Positions 1-9,672 of a stretch of DNA of 48,160 nucleotides are shown one piece after another. Every line of letters starts with the position of its first letter. The first letter of the stretch is position 1. The stretch is from a virus: the UHGV virus genome UHGV-1333633; one strand, written 5' to 3'. The notes under the pieces are model-generated. The model saw nothing but the letters and a program-made list of their open reading frames with translations, was not told the origin of the DNA and ran no database searches. Made by a program: the position numbers and the translations under genes.

Positions 1-421
1 CGTCCATCGAGGCTAGTTGTTTGTTTAGCCATATCGCTGATTGTCCGAACTTCTGGGCGATCTGAGTGGCGTTATATAGACCATTGCGTTCTACAATCCG
101 ATCGTAGACGTCTGCTTTTGGCGTCATCTCCTTATTCTCTAGTGCAAGACGTTCTTTCTCTTCCCATAAGTCGGCCGCCAACCTCAAAGCTTCGCCCATT
201 GTTTGTGGTACCGGTAGGGCTGATTTACTTGCGGCATCCTGTAATTCTTTGAGCGTATTGATGACGCTGCGCCGGACTGCTTTGGATTCGCGCATACCTA
301 CCAGCAGCATTTGGTCAATGTTAAGTGTGGTATAAAATGTTTTATGGCGGGTTTTCCCAACTACGAAAATTTCGTAGTTTAAATTTTCACCAATCTCATC
401 GTTTACCCGAGCGAAGGCGAC
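1..421 (-). pseudogene. Rha/KilAC antirepressor-like paralog 3, C-terminal (KilAC) part. Continues across the window junction from 47997..48160. Out of frame (+1) with its own N-terminal ORF at 396..590.
   Basis: Minus-strand translation from 421 downward gives ...NLNYEIFVVGKTRHKTFYTTLNIDQMLLVGMRESK...EEKERLALENKEMTPKADVYDRIVERNGLYNATQIAQKFGQSAIWLNKQL..., which aligns to paralogs 45449..46165 and 46985..47674. The frame is closed by a TAG at 422..424. The N-terminal Rha-domain ORF is in another frame. Confidence 0.55.
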
Positions 422-590
422 CTAACGAGTCGGTTTTTTGTTCATCCTCAATTTGAGGACGGACGATCACACCGTTGTCCGCCAGAGTTTCGATGGTGCG
501 CTTCACGTTGTCATGACGCTTCTCAACCAGCGTCGCAATCTCGAGGCTAGACATAGTTAGTTCTAATTTCATGTTTATTAGATCGTTCAT
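396..590 (-). CDS. Rha-family (phage regulatory protein Rha, N-terminal domain) fragment of paralog 3, truncated by a frameshift
   Basis: MNDLINMKLELTMSSLEIATLVEKRHDNV... matches the N-termini of the other two copies (MSSREIAELTGKEH...). Stop at 396..398. The same leader sequence and RBS as the other copies lie upstream. Confidence 0.5.
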   Translation of the reverse strand: MNDLINMKLELTMSSLEIATLVEKRHDNVKRTIETLADNGVIVRPQIEDEQKTDSLGRLRSGKR

Positions 591-603
591 CTCTGTTCTC
601 CAT

Positions 604-688
604 TTGTTTGTGTGAGTGTAGTTTCGATGAAAATCACGACCCATTCAAATCGATTTGTTTATGGTCACGATTAACGATAGAATTAATG
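604..688. repeat. Conserved ~80-bp leader repeat found upstream of each Rha-like gene. Copies at 604..688, 46185..46260 and 46608..46682. An internally deleted copy is at 47688..47720.
   Basis: Near-identical sequence gtgtgagtgtagtttcgatgaaaatcacgacccgttcaaatcgatttgtttatggtcacgattaacgat at all four sites. Confidence 0.8.
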
Positions 689-711
689 GTATCTAACTGA
701 GGGGGAATAAA

Positions 712-1086
712 ATGTCACTTGTTAAATCTTTCACAGTGGGCGACACAACATACAACGCCGCAATGCCGTCCGCAATTGAGCAGGACGAAATCTTGTCATT
801 GGTTGGCGCACAATTCATCGTGCACGCCGGGAACGTCTATAAGAACGGTGGCACATTGTCGGTCAAGGATGTTGTCCTAATGCTCACCACGCTACCGCAC
901 GTTGTCAAAAAGCGCATTTCAGAAGTATTACTGAGTAAAACTTTCGTCGCCGGTCAGGAACGTAAGGTCGATGTTGCTGATTTTGCCGGACGCATGATGA
1001 GTTTCAACACCCTGTTGGCTGAATTGTTTCTGTGGGTTTACGCCGATTTTTTCGATTACGTGCAAAACGCAAACAAAGACGAGTAA
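712..1086 (+). CDS. tail assembly chaperone (lambda G-like), frame-0 product
   Basis: Lies immediately upstream of the tape measure gene. Its 3' end overlaps a -1 frame ORF (1032..1295) across a slippery heptamer. Confidence 0.55.
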   Translation: MSLVKSFTVGDTTYNAAMPSAIEQDEILSLVGAQFIVHAGNVYKNGGTLSVKDVVLMLTTLPHVVKKRISEVLLSKTFVAGQERKVDVADFAGRMMSFNTLLAELFLWVYADFFDYVQNANKDE

Positions 1087-1295
1087 GGGACACCGGGCGA
1101 CCCAGCCCGGTTAACTGGTACTTCATGCGGGTTTGCACGGGTATCGAGGGAGTGTGCCCACCTCTTTGTACATGGGCGCAGTTAAAAGATGGTACAATAT
1201 CGCTTGCTGAAGTCGAACAGTTTCACTTTGCGATGGATGAATTGCAGGGTAAGTATATCGAGGCGATAAACAATGCAAGAAATTCCCCTAAATAA
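1032..1295 (+). CDS. -1 frame extension of the tail assembly chaperone (GT-like fusion product via programmed frameshift)
   Basis: Slippery T_TTT_TTC at 1047..1053 sits in the 0 frame of the 712 ORF. A -1 slip reads FFRLRAKRKQRR..., which continues the 1032 ORF to a stop at 1295. Confidence 0.5.
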   Translation: MGLRRFFRLRAKRKQRRVRDTGRPSPVNWYFMRVCTGIEGVCPPLCTWAQLKDGTISLAEVEQFHFAMDELQGKYIEAINNARNSPK

Positions 1296-1569
1296 TGGCG
1301 CGGCTAACGCTCATCAGACCTTCACGGTCAAGCTGGGTGACAACGTTCTCGACTTTGCGCTGGATTACATTAGCTATACTGACAAGCCCGCGTGGACAAT
1401 GACTGTCTCACAGGATGGTATCAACTACATCACCGGTGCAATGCTTGTCCCAAATGCTGAGGTCAGTAAAGCATACCGCGCCGGACTGGGTCGTTTCTTC
1501 TTTGTGGGCGATGAGGTGACCATTGACAACCTCGGCGTTGATAACCATCTTCTGTGGGTGCCTGAATAA
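1273..1569 (+). CDS. hypothetical protein (tail module)
   Basis: 98-aa ORF packed tightly between the chaperone and the tape measure. ATGA overlap with the 1569 start. Confidence 0.45.
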   Translation: MQEIPLNNGAANAHQTFTVKLGDNVLDFALDYISYTDKPAWTMTVSQDGINYITGAMLVPNAEVSKAYRAGLGRFFFVGDEVTIDNLGVDNHLLWVPE

Positions 1570-2915
1570 TGGCTAATGTGATTACGCAGTTTCTGGTCGG
1601 TCTCGGCATCTCTTACGATGGTAAAGGTGCTGACGACATAGGTCGAGACCTCGATGAGTTAACAGACCGAGCGCGCGACGCATCTGACTCAATGGACGAA
1701 GTTGGCGACAACCTCGGTGAAAGTGTCCGGAGGGGTTCCGAAAGCGCCAAGTCACGCATCATGAGTCTGGTCACCACTTTCAAAGCTGCCGGACTTGCAA
1801 TGTCCGGTGTTGCCGCGGGTGTCGGTGCAGCGTGGGCGTTTGAGTCGAAGAAAGCGCAACAGGCTTACGACCTGAACAACCAGCTTGTAACCAGTCAGTT
1901 CGGGCCAACCGAGGTTTATGGACTTGGTGCGCTGGCTGAACAGCGTGGCGGCGACCGACAAGCAACAACAAACAGCCTTTTAAATATCGAGCGTGGGATT
2001 AACCGCATTCAGACTGGTGACGCCGGGATGATTCAGCAACTGGCGGTTGCGGGAATTCGTGTCGATAATCCCACGGGGCGCACACGCGAAGATATTTACA
2101 GCGACATCGCCGGACAGTTCCAGCGCCTTGATACGACACGTCAGAGCAACGTGGCAGAGGTTTTAGGTCTCGACCCGGCCACCGTCAGAGTGTGGCAGGA
2201 GTTCGGCGCTACAACGCTGGAAGTGTCAAAAGCACGTGCCGCTGAACTGGGTTACACCGAACAGCACAATGCCGCGCTGAACGCAATCAATCAGACCATT
2301 CTCGACACGCAGCAGAAAATGGAAGGACTGGGCAACACCATTGCCGACATTCTTGCGCCCAGCATTAAAACTCTGGCTGATGACCTGCTGACGCTTGCCA
2401 GCGGTGTAACCAACTGGATGAACAATCACCGTGACCTTATTGATGATATCTCCAGTGGCTCATGGTATGACAAGTACGTAGTGGGAAGTGCTGACAAAGC
2501 CGCTACATGGATTGGTGATAAAACAGGATTTGACCCCCGGAACGTCGGCAAAAATACACAAGATTTTCTCAACACTACCGGGGCAACCGTTAATAATAGC
2601 ATCGTAAATAATACGACGAATACTGAACAGCTTCCACCGTGGGCATGGCAACCACAGCGGGAGAACTCATCTCCGGTTAATGACGGTTCGTACGGTGCTG
2701 AAGTGAGTCCGGTAACTGATAACTACGCGCAGCAAAGTCAGCAGATGAATCAGATTATGGAGTCCATAAACCGTCCGATTCAGCTTAACGGCAATTTCAC
2801 CACACAGGGTGACGTGATACTGGACGGTAACGCAATTGGTCGTTATACCGTAAATCATCTTGAGACGCAGGTGTATCCGCAGGCGATTGACCAGACCCGG
2901 CAAAGGAGTTACTGA
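1569..2915 (+). CDS. tail tape measure protein (short, 448 aa)
   Basis: Position after the frameshifting chaperones. Gly/Ala-rich hydrophobic segment (AAGLAMSGVAAGVGAAWAF), helical Q/N-rich repeats and a C-terminal W/P-rich region. Confidence 0.5.
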   Translation: MANVITQFLVGLGISYDGKGADDIGRDLDELTDRARDASDSMDEVGDNLGESVRRGSESAKSRIMSLVTTFKAAGLAMSGVAAGVGAAWAFESKKAQQAYDLNNQLVTSQFGPTEVYGLGALAEQRGGDRQATTNSLLNIERGINRIQTGDAGMIQQLAVAGIRVDNPTGRTREDIYSDIAGQFQRLDTTRQSNVAEVLGLDPATVRVWQEFGATTLEVSKARAAELGYTEQHNAALNAINQTILDTQQKMEGLGNTIADILAPSIKTLADDLLTLASGVTNWMNNHRDLIDDISSGSWYDKYVVGSADKAATWIGDKTGFDPRNVGKNTQDFLNTTGATVNNSIVNNTTNTEQLPPWAWQPQRENSSPVNDGSYGAEVSPVTDNYAQQSQQMNQIMESINRPIQLNGNFTTQGDVILDGNAIGRYTVNHLETQVYPQAIDQTRQRSY

Positions 2916-2917
2916 CA

Positions 2918-4342
2918 ATGGATTTGCGCCAGTATGAAATACTCATTGACACAAAGAATTTCATTACACAGTCGTACCCTATGCTCCGGTGCTCGTTCGA
3001 TGTGACAACATATACCGGCGACAGCCTGAGCACCTGTGAGCTTCGCTTGTGGAACCTTGCACCGACAACGAAGATTGAACCAAATCAGACCATTGTCTTT
3101 CGCGCGGGGTATCAGTCGCGCATTGGTCAGATTTTTACTGGGTTTGTCACCAACGTTTTCACCATTCGTGACGGTACCGACATTATCACCCGTGTGACGT
3201 GTCGCAGTGGTAGCAACGTGCTCGACGGCGGGACAACGAGTGCGAGTTTCGGTAAGGGGGTGACATTGTTTGACGTCTTGACCAGTCTCGCACAGGACTG
3301 GTCGAAGCCGTTATATCTTGTCAATAGTGAGGACAAATTTACCTCTATTGTCATGGCTGGCGGCTACAACGTCAGCTCTGATATCAGTAAGGAGATTGAC
3401 ATTCTGGCTAAAGCGTATGGCTTCGAATGGCACCTGTACGCTGGGCAGGTGTTTGTCGGATTTCCATCTGATGACCGTAAAGCCACCCCCATCAAAATCA
3501 GTTCTGCGACCGGGATGATTGATGCGCCAACGCTTCACGGCGGCATTGATGGTGTATTCTGTGACGTTAAGATGCGTCTTGACCCCCGTATGACACCCGC
3601 ATCGGTGCTCAATATCGAATCGAAATGGCCTAAATTCGATTTCGGAGCTGTGGAGTTCCAGACAACCGTCGACGCTAAACTGGAAGGTGACTGGAACGTT
3701 CAGACCATTCAGCATACCGGAGACACACATGGTCCCGACTGGTACACATTTGTCAAAGCTGTGCGTGCCGGGTCAATGGATACCACCACGACAAACAGTG
3801 ATGTCGGTAATCGTCTTATTTACGGGCGTGTTAGTGTGCAGGGTGAGGATGCCAGTCAGCAGCAGGATTTCCGTACCGAGGTGCGTAAACTTGGACAAAG
3901 CCTGAGCATCAGTCCTAACTGGATTATGGCTGTAATCTCTGCGGAGTCTAACTTCAATCCACAGTCAAAGAACAGCAAATCCGGCGCGGTAGGACTAATT
4001 CAGTTTACCGACACCGGATGGACAAGTGCGTTTCAGAGTAAGTACGGTCGGAATAAAAATATCATCCTGTCAATGACCGCGGCCGAACAGGTGAAAGGCC
4101 CGGTGACCGACTATCTCAACCAGTACAAAGGGCGTTACAAAACGATGGGCGATGTGTACATGGCTGTATTCAGTCCAGCATTCATCGGCAAACCTTCCTC
4201 GACCGTGATGTACTCATCACCGTCCAAAGCGTATAATCAGAACGCAGGGCTTGACACGGACCATAAAGGTTACATTACTGTCGGCGACGTGTGGCGACGT
4301 GTTGAGGAACGATTCAGACAAGGTAAGGCGTACATGTTATGA
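2918..4342 (+). CDS. tail/baseplate hub protein with C-terminal lytic transglycosylase (SLT) domain
   Basis: The C-terminus carries ISPNWIMAVISAESNFNPQSKNSKSGAVGLIQFTDTGW, a goose-type/SLT lysozyme motif with a catalytic Glu in the ES pair. The N-terminal half is of the tail hub (gpD/gp44-like) size class. Confidence 0.6.
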   Translation: MDLRQYEILIDTKNFITQSYPMLRCSFDVTTYTGDSLSTCELRLWNLAPTTKIEPNQTIVFRAGYQSRIGQIFTGFVTNVFTIRDGTDIITRVTCRSGSNVLDGGTTSASFGKGVTLFDVLTSLAQDWSKPLYLVNSEDKFTSIVMAGGYNVSSDISKEIDILAKAYGFEWHLYAGQVFVGFPSDDRKATPIKISSATGMIDAPTLHGGIDGVFCDVKMRLDPRMTPASVLNIESKWPKFDFGAVEFQTTVDAKLEGDWNVQTIQHTGDTHGPDWYTFVKAVRAGSMDTTTTNSDVGNRLIYGRVSVQGEDASQQQDFRTEVRKLGQSLSISPNWIMAVISAESNFNPQSKNSKSGAVGLIQFTDTGWTSAFQSKYGRNKNIILSMTAAEQVKGPVTDYLNQYKGRYKTMGDVYMAVFSPAFIGKPSSTVMYSSPSKAYNQNAGLDTDHKGYITVGDVWRRVEERFRQGKAYML

Positions 4343-4989
4343 GTTTAATTAACCTTCTGGTAAAGCGCGGCCCACAGCTTGGGTCGCTTCAGTTCGATGC
4401 TGTCCTGTCTGATGACCTTGATGCCAGCGTGGACATTGTGCAGTACCCCATTGAGACGGGTACGCCAATTGCAGACCACATCATCTATCAGCCTATTCGT
4501 TACACGATGACGGGCGCAGTATCGAACAACCCACTGAAAGTTAGTATCACTGATTTCACCGGGGCGTTGACAAATCTCGTCGATGACAATCCGTTCATTG
4601 CTGCAGGTGCTGGTCTGTTCGCGGGGTGGTTGAGCGGCTCAAATGAAACTCGCTCCAGTACGACACTGAACACTTTGCTTGATTTCATGTACTCCGGCCA
4701 GGTATTCACGGTGGATACGGGTGAAATAACGCTGAACAATATGGTCATTCAGCGTATCGGGCGCTCTAAAGACCCGGAGAATGAGAACGGACTGATATTT
4801 GTTGCTGAACTGCAGCAGATTGTCACGCTTGACCGCGTGGCGAACGGTTCACAACCGGCACAGTATCAGCTGAGCAGTAACGACGTTTCCAGCACATCCA
4901 TATCCGGACTGATTGAGCATGGTTACATCAATGTGAAGACAGCCGCAACGAATGTTGCCAGCCAGGTTACGACACTTTTAGATTTGTAA
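4339..4989 (+). CDS. hypothetical tail/baseplate protein
   Basis: 216-aa ORF translationally coupled (ATGA) to the upstream hub gene. Confidence 0.4.
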   Translation: MSLINLLVKRGPQLGSLQFDAVLSDDLDASVDIVQYPIETGTPIADHIIYQPIRYTMTGAVSNNPLKVSITDFTGALTNLVDDNPFIAAGAGLFAGWLSGSNETRSSTTLNTLLDFMYSGQVFTVDTGEITLNNMVIQRIGRSKDPENENGLIFVAELQQIVTLDRVANGSQPAQYQLSSNDVSSTSISGLIEHGYINVKTAATNVASQVTTLLDL

Positions 4990-5011
4990 AAAAAGCCCCG
5001 GGGACCGGGGC
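4988..5011 (-). terminator. intrinsic terminator oriented for the minus strand (hairpin gccccggggaccggggc followed on the minus strand by U7)
   Basis: Perfect 7-bp GC stem at 4995..5011 with an A7 run at 4988..4994 on the plus strand (U7 on minus). On the plus side it is followed by caaacatg, which is not U-rich. Confidence 0.5.
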
Positions 5012-5224
5012 AAACATGCAGGAGCACAACAGAGAGAGAGCACGGTTTACAGGTTAAACGTCATCTAAACTCTAAACCGTTATATTGGTCGAACCGCCGC
5101 GGTGACCAACCGCTCAGTGTACACTTGGCTACACATTCCGGCTACCCGCTGATGCAAGGAAAGGAACACCCCGGACCTCTAAAGACACATGTGCTATATG
5201 CCTGTGAATGAATAATTGCATTGT

Positions 5225-5240
5225 TTGACGTGAGTGTCAA
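5225..5240 (-). promoter_or_regulatory. imperfect family palindrome TTGACGTGAGTGTCAA. Candidate minus promoter TTGACA-17-AATTAT directing transcription into the 5040..5200 non-coding gap.
   Basis: Read on the reverse complement. Confidence 0.35.
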
Positions 5241-5275
5241 TAGTATACTTGACATTATTTTCACAGGAGGGCGAC

Positions 5276-5950
5276 ATGACCGACATTAACCAGCGCCGCT
5301 CGTTTTTACAGAACGTCACTAATGACACGTTTTTCGAGAACATGAAGGATGTGTATACGTGTATTCCGGGTTACGTGCTGACATTCGACCCGGATACACA
5401 GCGCGCGCAGATTCAACTGGGAATCACCCGGACCGATGATGTCGCTAAAACTACGTTCGACCCGCCACCCATCGTGGACGTTCCCGTAAGTTTCCCGGGC
5501 GATGACTTCGTACTGGAATTTGCCGTCAATCCGGGTTGCGAAGGGATGGTACATTTCAGTCAACGTTGCATCGATGGATGGAAGCAGACCGGCGGCATTG
5601 CTGCTAATCCCGTTAAACGCTTTCACCACAAACAGGACGCAATGTTCGTACCGGGAATTCGTTCGCTTGATAACCTGATTGCAAGTTTTTCCAACGATGG
5701 GATACGCTTGCGCAATGCCGACGCGTCACAGCACGTCTGGTTAAAGGGTGATGGTTCGTGCATAATGGCTAATGGGAACGGCAACGTTCAACTTCTTGCG
5801 AACGGCACGGTGAGTATCAATGGTGTGACCATTGATAAAGACGGGAATATCACCGCTCTGAATTCTCTGGTGCTGGACGGTAAAGAACTCAATGGTCATA
5901 CTCATGGCGGCGTTGCTTCCGGTGGTTCTAATACGGGGCCGAATAACTGA
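5276..5950 (+). CDS. baseplate central spike protein (P2 gpV / Mu gp45-like), probable start at MTDINQ
   Basis: RBS ggaggg lies 6 nt upstream of the ATG at 5276. The C-terminus is a G/N-rich beta-helix-like stretch with an HxH apex motif (NGHTHGGVASGG). The gene is followed by gpW- and gpJ-like genes. Confidence 0.45.
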   Translation: MTDINQRRSFLQNVTNDTFFENMKDVYTCIPGYVLTFDPDTQRAQIQLGITRTDDVAKTTFDPPPIVDVPVSFPGDDFVLEFAVNPGCEGMVHFSQRCIDGWKQTGGIAANPVKRFHHKQDAMFVPGIRSLDNLIASFSNDGIRLRNADASQHVWLKGDGSCIMANGNGNVQLLANGTVSINGVTIDKDGNITALNSLVLDGKELNGHTHGGVASGGSNTGPNN

Positions 5951-6297
5951 TGACAGTACGTAAATTAGATAAAGATGGTGACATCGTTACCCAGGGTTCG
6001 ATGTTCATCACTGAACAACTGGAAATAGAGCAGACGATACGTACCCGTCTGCGTTTGTTTCTGGGTGAGTATTTCCGGGATGTGACTGACGGTACACCAT
6101 GGTTTCAGGAGATACTCAATAAACAAACTTCCATGGATGTCCGCGAAGCACGCCTCCGTGAACGCATCTCCGGTACTCCGGGTGTCCAGCAGTTAACCAG
6201 TTTTAGCACCGATTTCGACATCGACAACAAAACTTACATGGTCACCGCCAGCGTGTTGACCTCCTACGGATTATTAACGGTGACCGAGAATGGCTGA
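5950..6297 (+). CDS. baseplate wedge protein (gpW / T4 gp25-like)
   Basis: 115 aa, ATGA-coupled to the spike gene. The TEQLEIEQTIRTRLRLFLGEYF motif is typical of the GPW_gp25 family. Confidence 0.55.
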   Translation: MTVRKLDKDGDIVTQGSMFITEQLEIEQTIRTRLRLFLGEYFRDVTDGTPWFQEILNKQTSMDVREARLRERISGTPGVQQLTSFSTDFDIDNKTYMVTASVLTSYGLLTVTENG

Positions 6298-7498
6298 ATT
6301 AACCAGTACCGGCTATAGCGTAAAATCACAGAATGACTGGTTTGACGAAGAAAAACAGTTATATCTGGATATCGACAGTAACTGGAATCTTGACCCGTCC
6401 ACCCCCGATGGGTTGAAGATGGCGCACGATGCTGAAATCTTCTCCGCGCTCGATGAGGTATTGCAACAGGCGTACAACTCCAAAGACCCGAACAAAGCCA
6501 GCGGTTATGACCTCGATGTAATTTGCGCGCTGACAGGTACCGTCAGGAGTGAAGGTACTGCGTCCACTGTTACAGGGTTTGTGTTAACGGGTGTTGCCGG
6601 TACTCAGGTTCCTGCGGGTACACGCTTTGAATCATCTGTGACGGGTTATCGATTCACGCTCGACCAGACGTGGACGCTGGATAGTTCAGGTACCGCAACG
6701 GTGGATATCACCTGTACCACGGTTGGTGAAATCGAAGCGGACGCCAACACTATCACAACAATCGTGGACACAGTTGCCGGACTGGTGTCAGTTAACAACC
6801 CCACTCCAGCAACACCCGGTACATCTGCTGAATCGGATGGGTCGTTACGCCTTAAACGAGCGACGGCCGTAGGTCTGCCGGGTAGCAACCAGGTTGATTC
6901 AATGCTGGGACAACTGTTCAATGTGGATGGTGTACGCCGTGTTCGCGTCTATGAGAACGACGAAGCCACAACCGACAGCAACGGTCAACCGGGTCACAGT
7001 ATTGCACCCATCGTCGATGGTGGCACGGACGATGATGTAGCGATGGCTATCTACCTTAAAAAGAATCCGGGCGTCGCACTTTATCAGGCTGGAACCAGTG
7101 TGACAGTCACGGTCACGTCGCCTACTTATCCAACGATGACCAAAGATATCAAATTCAGTCGCCCCGTGTATGTGGACATGGTGATAGTCATTGAGATTAA
7201 AGATGATGGTACGTTACCGTCTCAGGCAACTCTCGAGCCACTCATTCAGGACGCAATAATGGAATACGCCGCGGGTGGTCTAATTCCGACAGAGTACGGG
7301 TTTAAGCCGGACGGGTTTGATATCGGTGAAACAGTCCCGTACAGTTCACTTTACACGCCTATTAACAAAGTCATTGGTTCATACGGTAACAGTTACGTTA
7401 ATAGTATGACGTTGAATGGCAGCACGGCGAATGTTACCATTGACTTTAACGAATTATCCCGCTGGACAACCTCAAACATCACGGTGACTATCGTATGA
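6290..7498 (+). CDS. baseplate J-like protein (gpJ / Mu gp47-like)
   Basis: 402 aa. Overlaps the gpW-like gene at its 5' end and follows it directly, the canonical W-J order. Confidence 0.55.
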   Translation: MAELTSTGYSVKSQNDWFDEEKQLYLDIDSNWNLDPSTPDGLKMAHDAEIFSALDEVLQQAYNSKDPNKASGYDLDVICALTGTVRSEGTASTVTGFVLTGVAGTQVPAGTRFESSVTGYRFTLDQTWTLDSSGTATVDITCTTVGEIEADANTITTIVDTVAGLVSVNNPTPATPGTSAESDGSLRLKRATAVGLPGSNQVDSMLGQLFNVDGVRRVRVYENDEATTDSNGQPGHSIAPIVDGGTDDDVAMAIYLKKNPGVALYQAGTSVTVTVTSPTYPTMTKDIKFSRPVYVDMVIVIEIKDDGTLPSQATLEPLIQDAIMEYAAGGLIPTEYGFKPDGFDIGETVPYSSLYTPINKVIGSYGNSYVNSMTLNGSTANVTIDFNELSRWTTSNITVTIV

Positions 7499-9660
7499 CC
7501 ATTATCAAACGCGCAGACCTGGGTCGACCCTTAACGTGGGACGAACTGGATGATAACTTCCAGCAGGTTGATAATTTGACAGCTGCCGCATCAGCGGCTG
7601 TATCAAGTGCTGCTGCTTCAGCTGTGGCCGCTGCAGGCAGTGCTACGAATTCCCTCAACAGTGCAAATAGTGCTGCTAGTTCGGCGGATGACGCCGCAGC
7701 ATCAGCAGCATCGGCAATCGATGCGTTAATGAATTCGGCATTCGAACCGAGTGGTTTCGACTTCACCACCGGTGGCACACTTGATACCACTGACCGCAAT
7801 AAAGCCGTGTACAACCCGGCGGACAATAACTGGTATTCGTGGTCTGGTACACTACCGAAGGTTGTCGCGGCTGGGACTGACCCGACGGCGGACAGTAAGT
7901 GGATACCGCGCACAGACCAGTTACTGCGACAGGAGTTGTCATCACCCTCTGGTGCATCTAAGGTGGGTTTATCTCATGGTGGCACCGTACAGGATGCAAT
8001 TTACTGGCTAACGGTTGAAATGTTCGGCGCTAAAGGTGATGGAGTAACAGATGATTACCCGGCGTTTCAACGTGCCGCTATGTACGCGGAATCTATCGGT
8101 GGCGCGATTATTGAAATCCCAACGCCTGCGGTTGAATACAAAATTGGTTTTCCCGTTTATCTGTTCAATAACACGCACTTTAAAGGTACTGGCATTAACT
8201 GCCGTATCAACTTTACTGACCCGCTATATGCCAGGAAGTCACGCAGCGGTTTTGTCATTGGCAGTGGCCGAGAGCAAAACAGAGATAAGGCAATTCAATG
8301 CCTGAACGATGGCACATGGTCCACCACAGGTTCAGTAGTTGATTCCACGTTTGTTGAACTTGACCGCGGGGTTTACCTGCGAGATAACCTTGACAAAGTT
8401 CAATCATCTAACTGCTGTGTCAGTGATGTCTACCTGGTGGCCTCTTACCCTAACGGAACAACGTTAAAGGGCGGGTATGGCGTATCCTTTGCGAACGCTA
8501 TTGATTGCGAGGCGTATAACATTTGGGGTGAGGGTTGGACGGAAATAATCAATATTGGTTCTGACGTTCCGCCAGCAACGCCAAGTTGTCATAACTGCCA
8601 CGCTTATAACATTGTAAGCATTGAGCCGAACAATTACGAAACCTACTATAGTATTGGTTTTATTGCTAACTCAACGTCGTGCTCTATACACGACTGTTTC
8701 CAGCTAAAGCCGATTGCAGATGATTCTCCGCATGGTTCTGGCGCATCGATGAACTACACGGAAGATTGCTCATTCTATAACCTCAATATTCCTAGTCTTG
8801 GGCGTACAGCGACCTCGGAAGGCGTTCTGGTTAACAACTCTAAAGGCGCACGGATATTTGACATTAGCATCGGCAACGCCAAATCCGGTGTTGCTGAGTA
8901 TTACACTACTGAAGCGGGCATATTCTACGATGCTGCGAAGCCGAACATTTTTTACGATATTCACGCAAACAACTGCGATCACGCGGTTGCCCTACGTTCT
9001 AAATACAGCGTATGGGAAAACGTTACGCAGTCTAACTGCACGGTCCACGTTTACTTTGGGACCAGCAATGCGCAATATTGCAAGGTAAAATTCAGGCCTG
9101 ATAGTATCGCTTATGGTGGCTCGACAACGCCGGCGACCTACCTAAAGAACAACAAGGTAGAAGGGAGACGCCTCAAGCGAATCTATTTCCAACCGCTGCA
9201 ATATCTCGTGTCCGACTACGCAAGCGTGAGGGCTGGTGATTCCCCTATCAGTAAGGCGGTTTATACTGTCGTTGATAAACCACTTACGTTTATTTTCCCT
9301 ATCCCAGACGATGCGTACGCAATAGATGATTTCCGTATGTTTTTCAGATGGGGAGATGGCGCGCAAACCAAGGGTTCTAGCGTTGTAGTTTCGCTTATAG
9401 CAATGCGAACGTTCGATGGAAACTCTTCTTTATCGCCAGTAACCCTGCTCTCAACCACGCGGACACCGACCTCAGATACAGCATCTGAAGTAGCCCTGGT
9501 GTTGCAGGCTGCTGCTACAACTCCCGGGTACATCCCAATTTATGGACCAGAAGTAACCGGCTACCTGCCTCGTGCAGCCCAGCTGGTGATTCAGGTCTTA
9601 AACCCTGTAGACAACATAATCCTAAAGGAATGTTCTCTGCAGTATTATGGTAACATTTAG
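7495..9660 (+). CDS. tailspike / tail fiber protein with pectate-lyase-like right-handed beta-helix (probable depolymerase) domain
   Basis: N-terminal anchor with an Ala/Ser-rich coiled segment. Central FGAKGDGVTDDYPAFQRAA...IEIP motif is characteristic of Pectate_lyase_3/GH28-like beta-helix domains. Many N/G/S-rich beta-strand repeats. Confidence 0.6.
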   Translation: MTIIKRADLGRPLTWDELDDNFQQVDNLTAAASAAVSSAAASAVAAAGSATNSLNSANSAASSADDAAASAASAIDALMNSAFEPSGFDFTTGGTLDTTDRNKAVYNPADNNWYSWSGTLPKVVAAGTDPTADSKWIPRTDQLLRQELSSPSGASKVGLSHGGTVQDAIYWLTVEMFGAKGDGVTDDYPAFQRAAMYAESIGGAIIEIPTPAVEYKIGFPVYLFNNTHFKGTGINCRINFTDPLYARKSRSGFVIGSGREQNRDKAIQCLNDGTWSTTGSVVDSTFVELDRGVYLRDNLDKVQSSNCCVSDVYLVASYPNGTTLKGGYGVSFANAIDCEAYNIWGEGWTEIINIGSDVPPATPSCHNCHAYNIVSIEPNNYETYYSIGFIANSTSCSIHDCFQLKPIADDSPHGSGASMNYTEDCSFYNLNIPSLGRTATSEGVLVNNSKGARIFDISIGNAKSGVAEYYTTEAGIFYDAAKPNIFYDIHANNCDHAVALRSKYSVWENVTQSNCTVHVYFGTSNAQYCKVKFRPDSIAYGGSTTPATYLKNNKVEGRRLKRIYFQPLQYLVSDYASVRAGDSPISKAVYTVVDKPLTFIFPIPDDAYAIDDFRMFFRWGDGAQTKGSSVVVSLIAMRTFDGNSSLSPVTLLSTTRTPTSDTASEVALVLQAAATTPGYIPIYGPEVTGYLPRAAQLVIQVLNPVDNIILKECSLQYYGNI

Positions 9661-9672
9661 TAAGGAGCAGAT

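Noticed and set aside
1752-4748. Several 60-140-aa antisense ORFs inside the tape measure, hub and baseplate genes (e.g. 1752..1961, 2226..2429, 3311..3730, 4500..4748)
   Set aside because: Entirely embedded in longer, well-supported + strand genes. Compositionally odd. No start context.
5040-5200. tRNA gene in the non-coding gap
   Set aside because: No GTTCRANYC T-loop with a pairing stem and no acceptor-stem/CCA geometry could be constructed on either strand.
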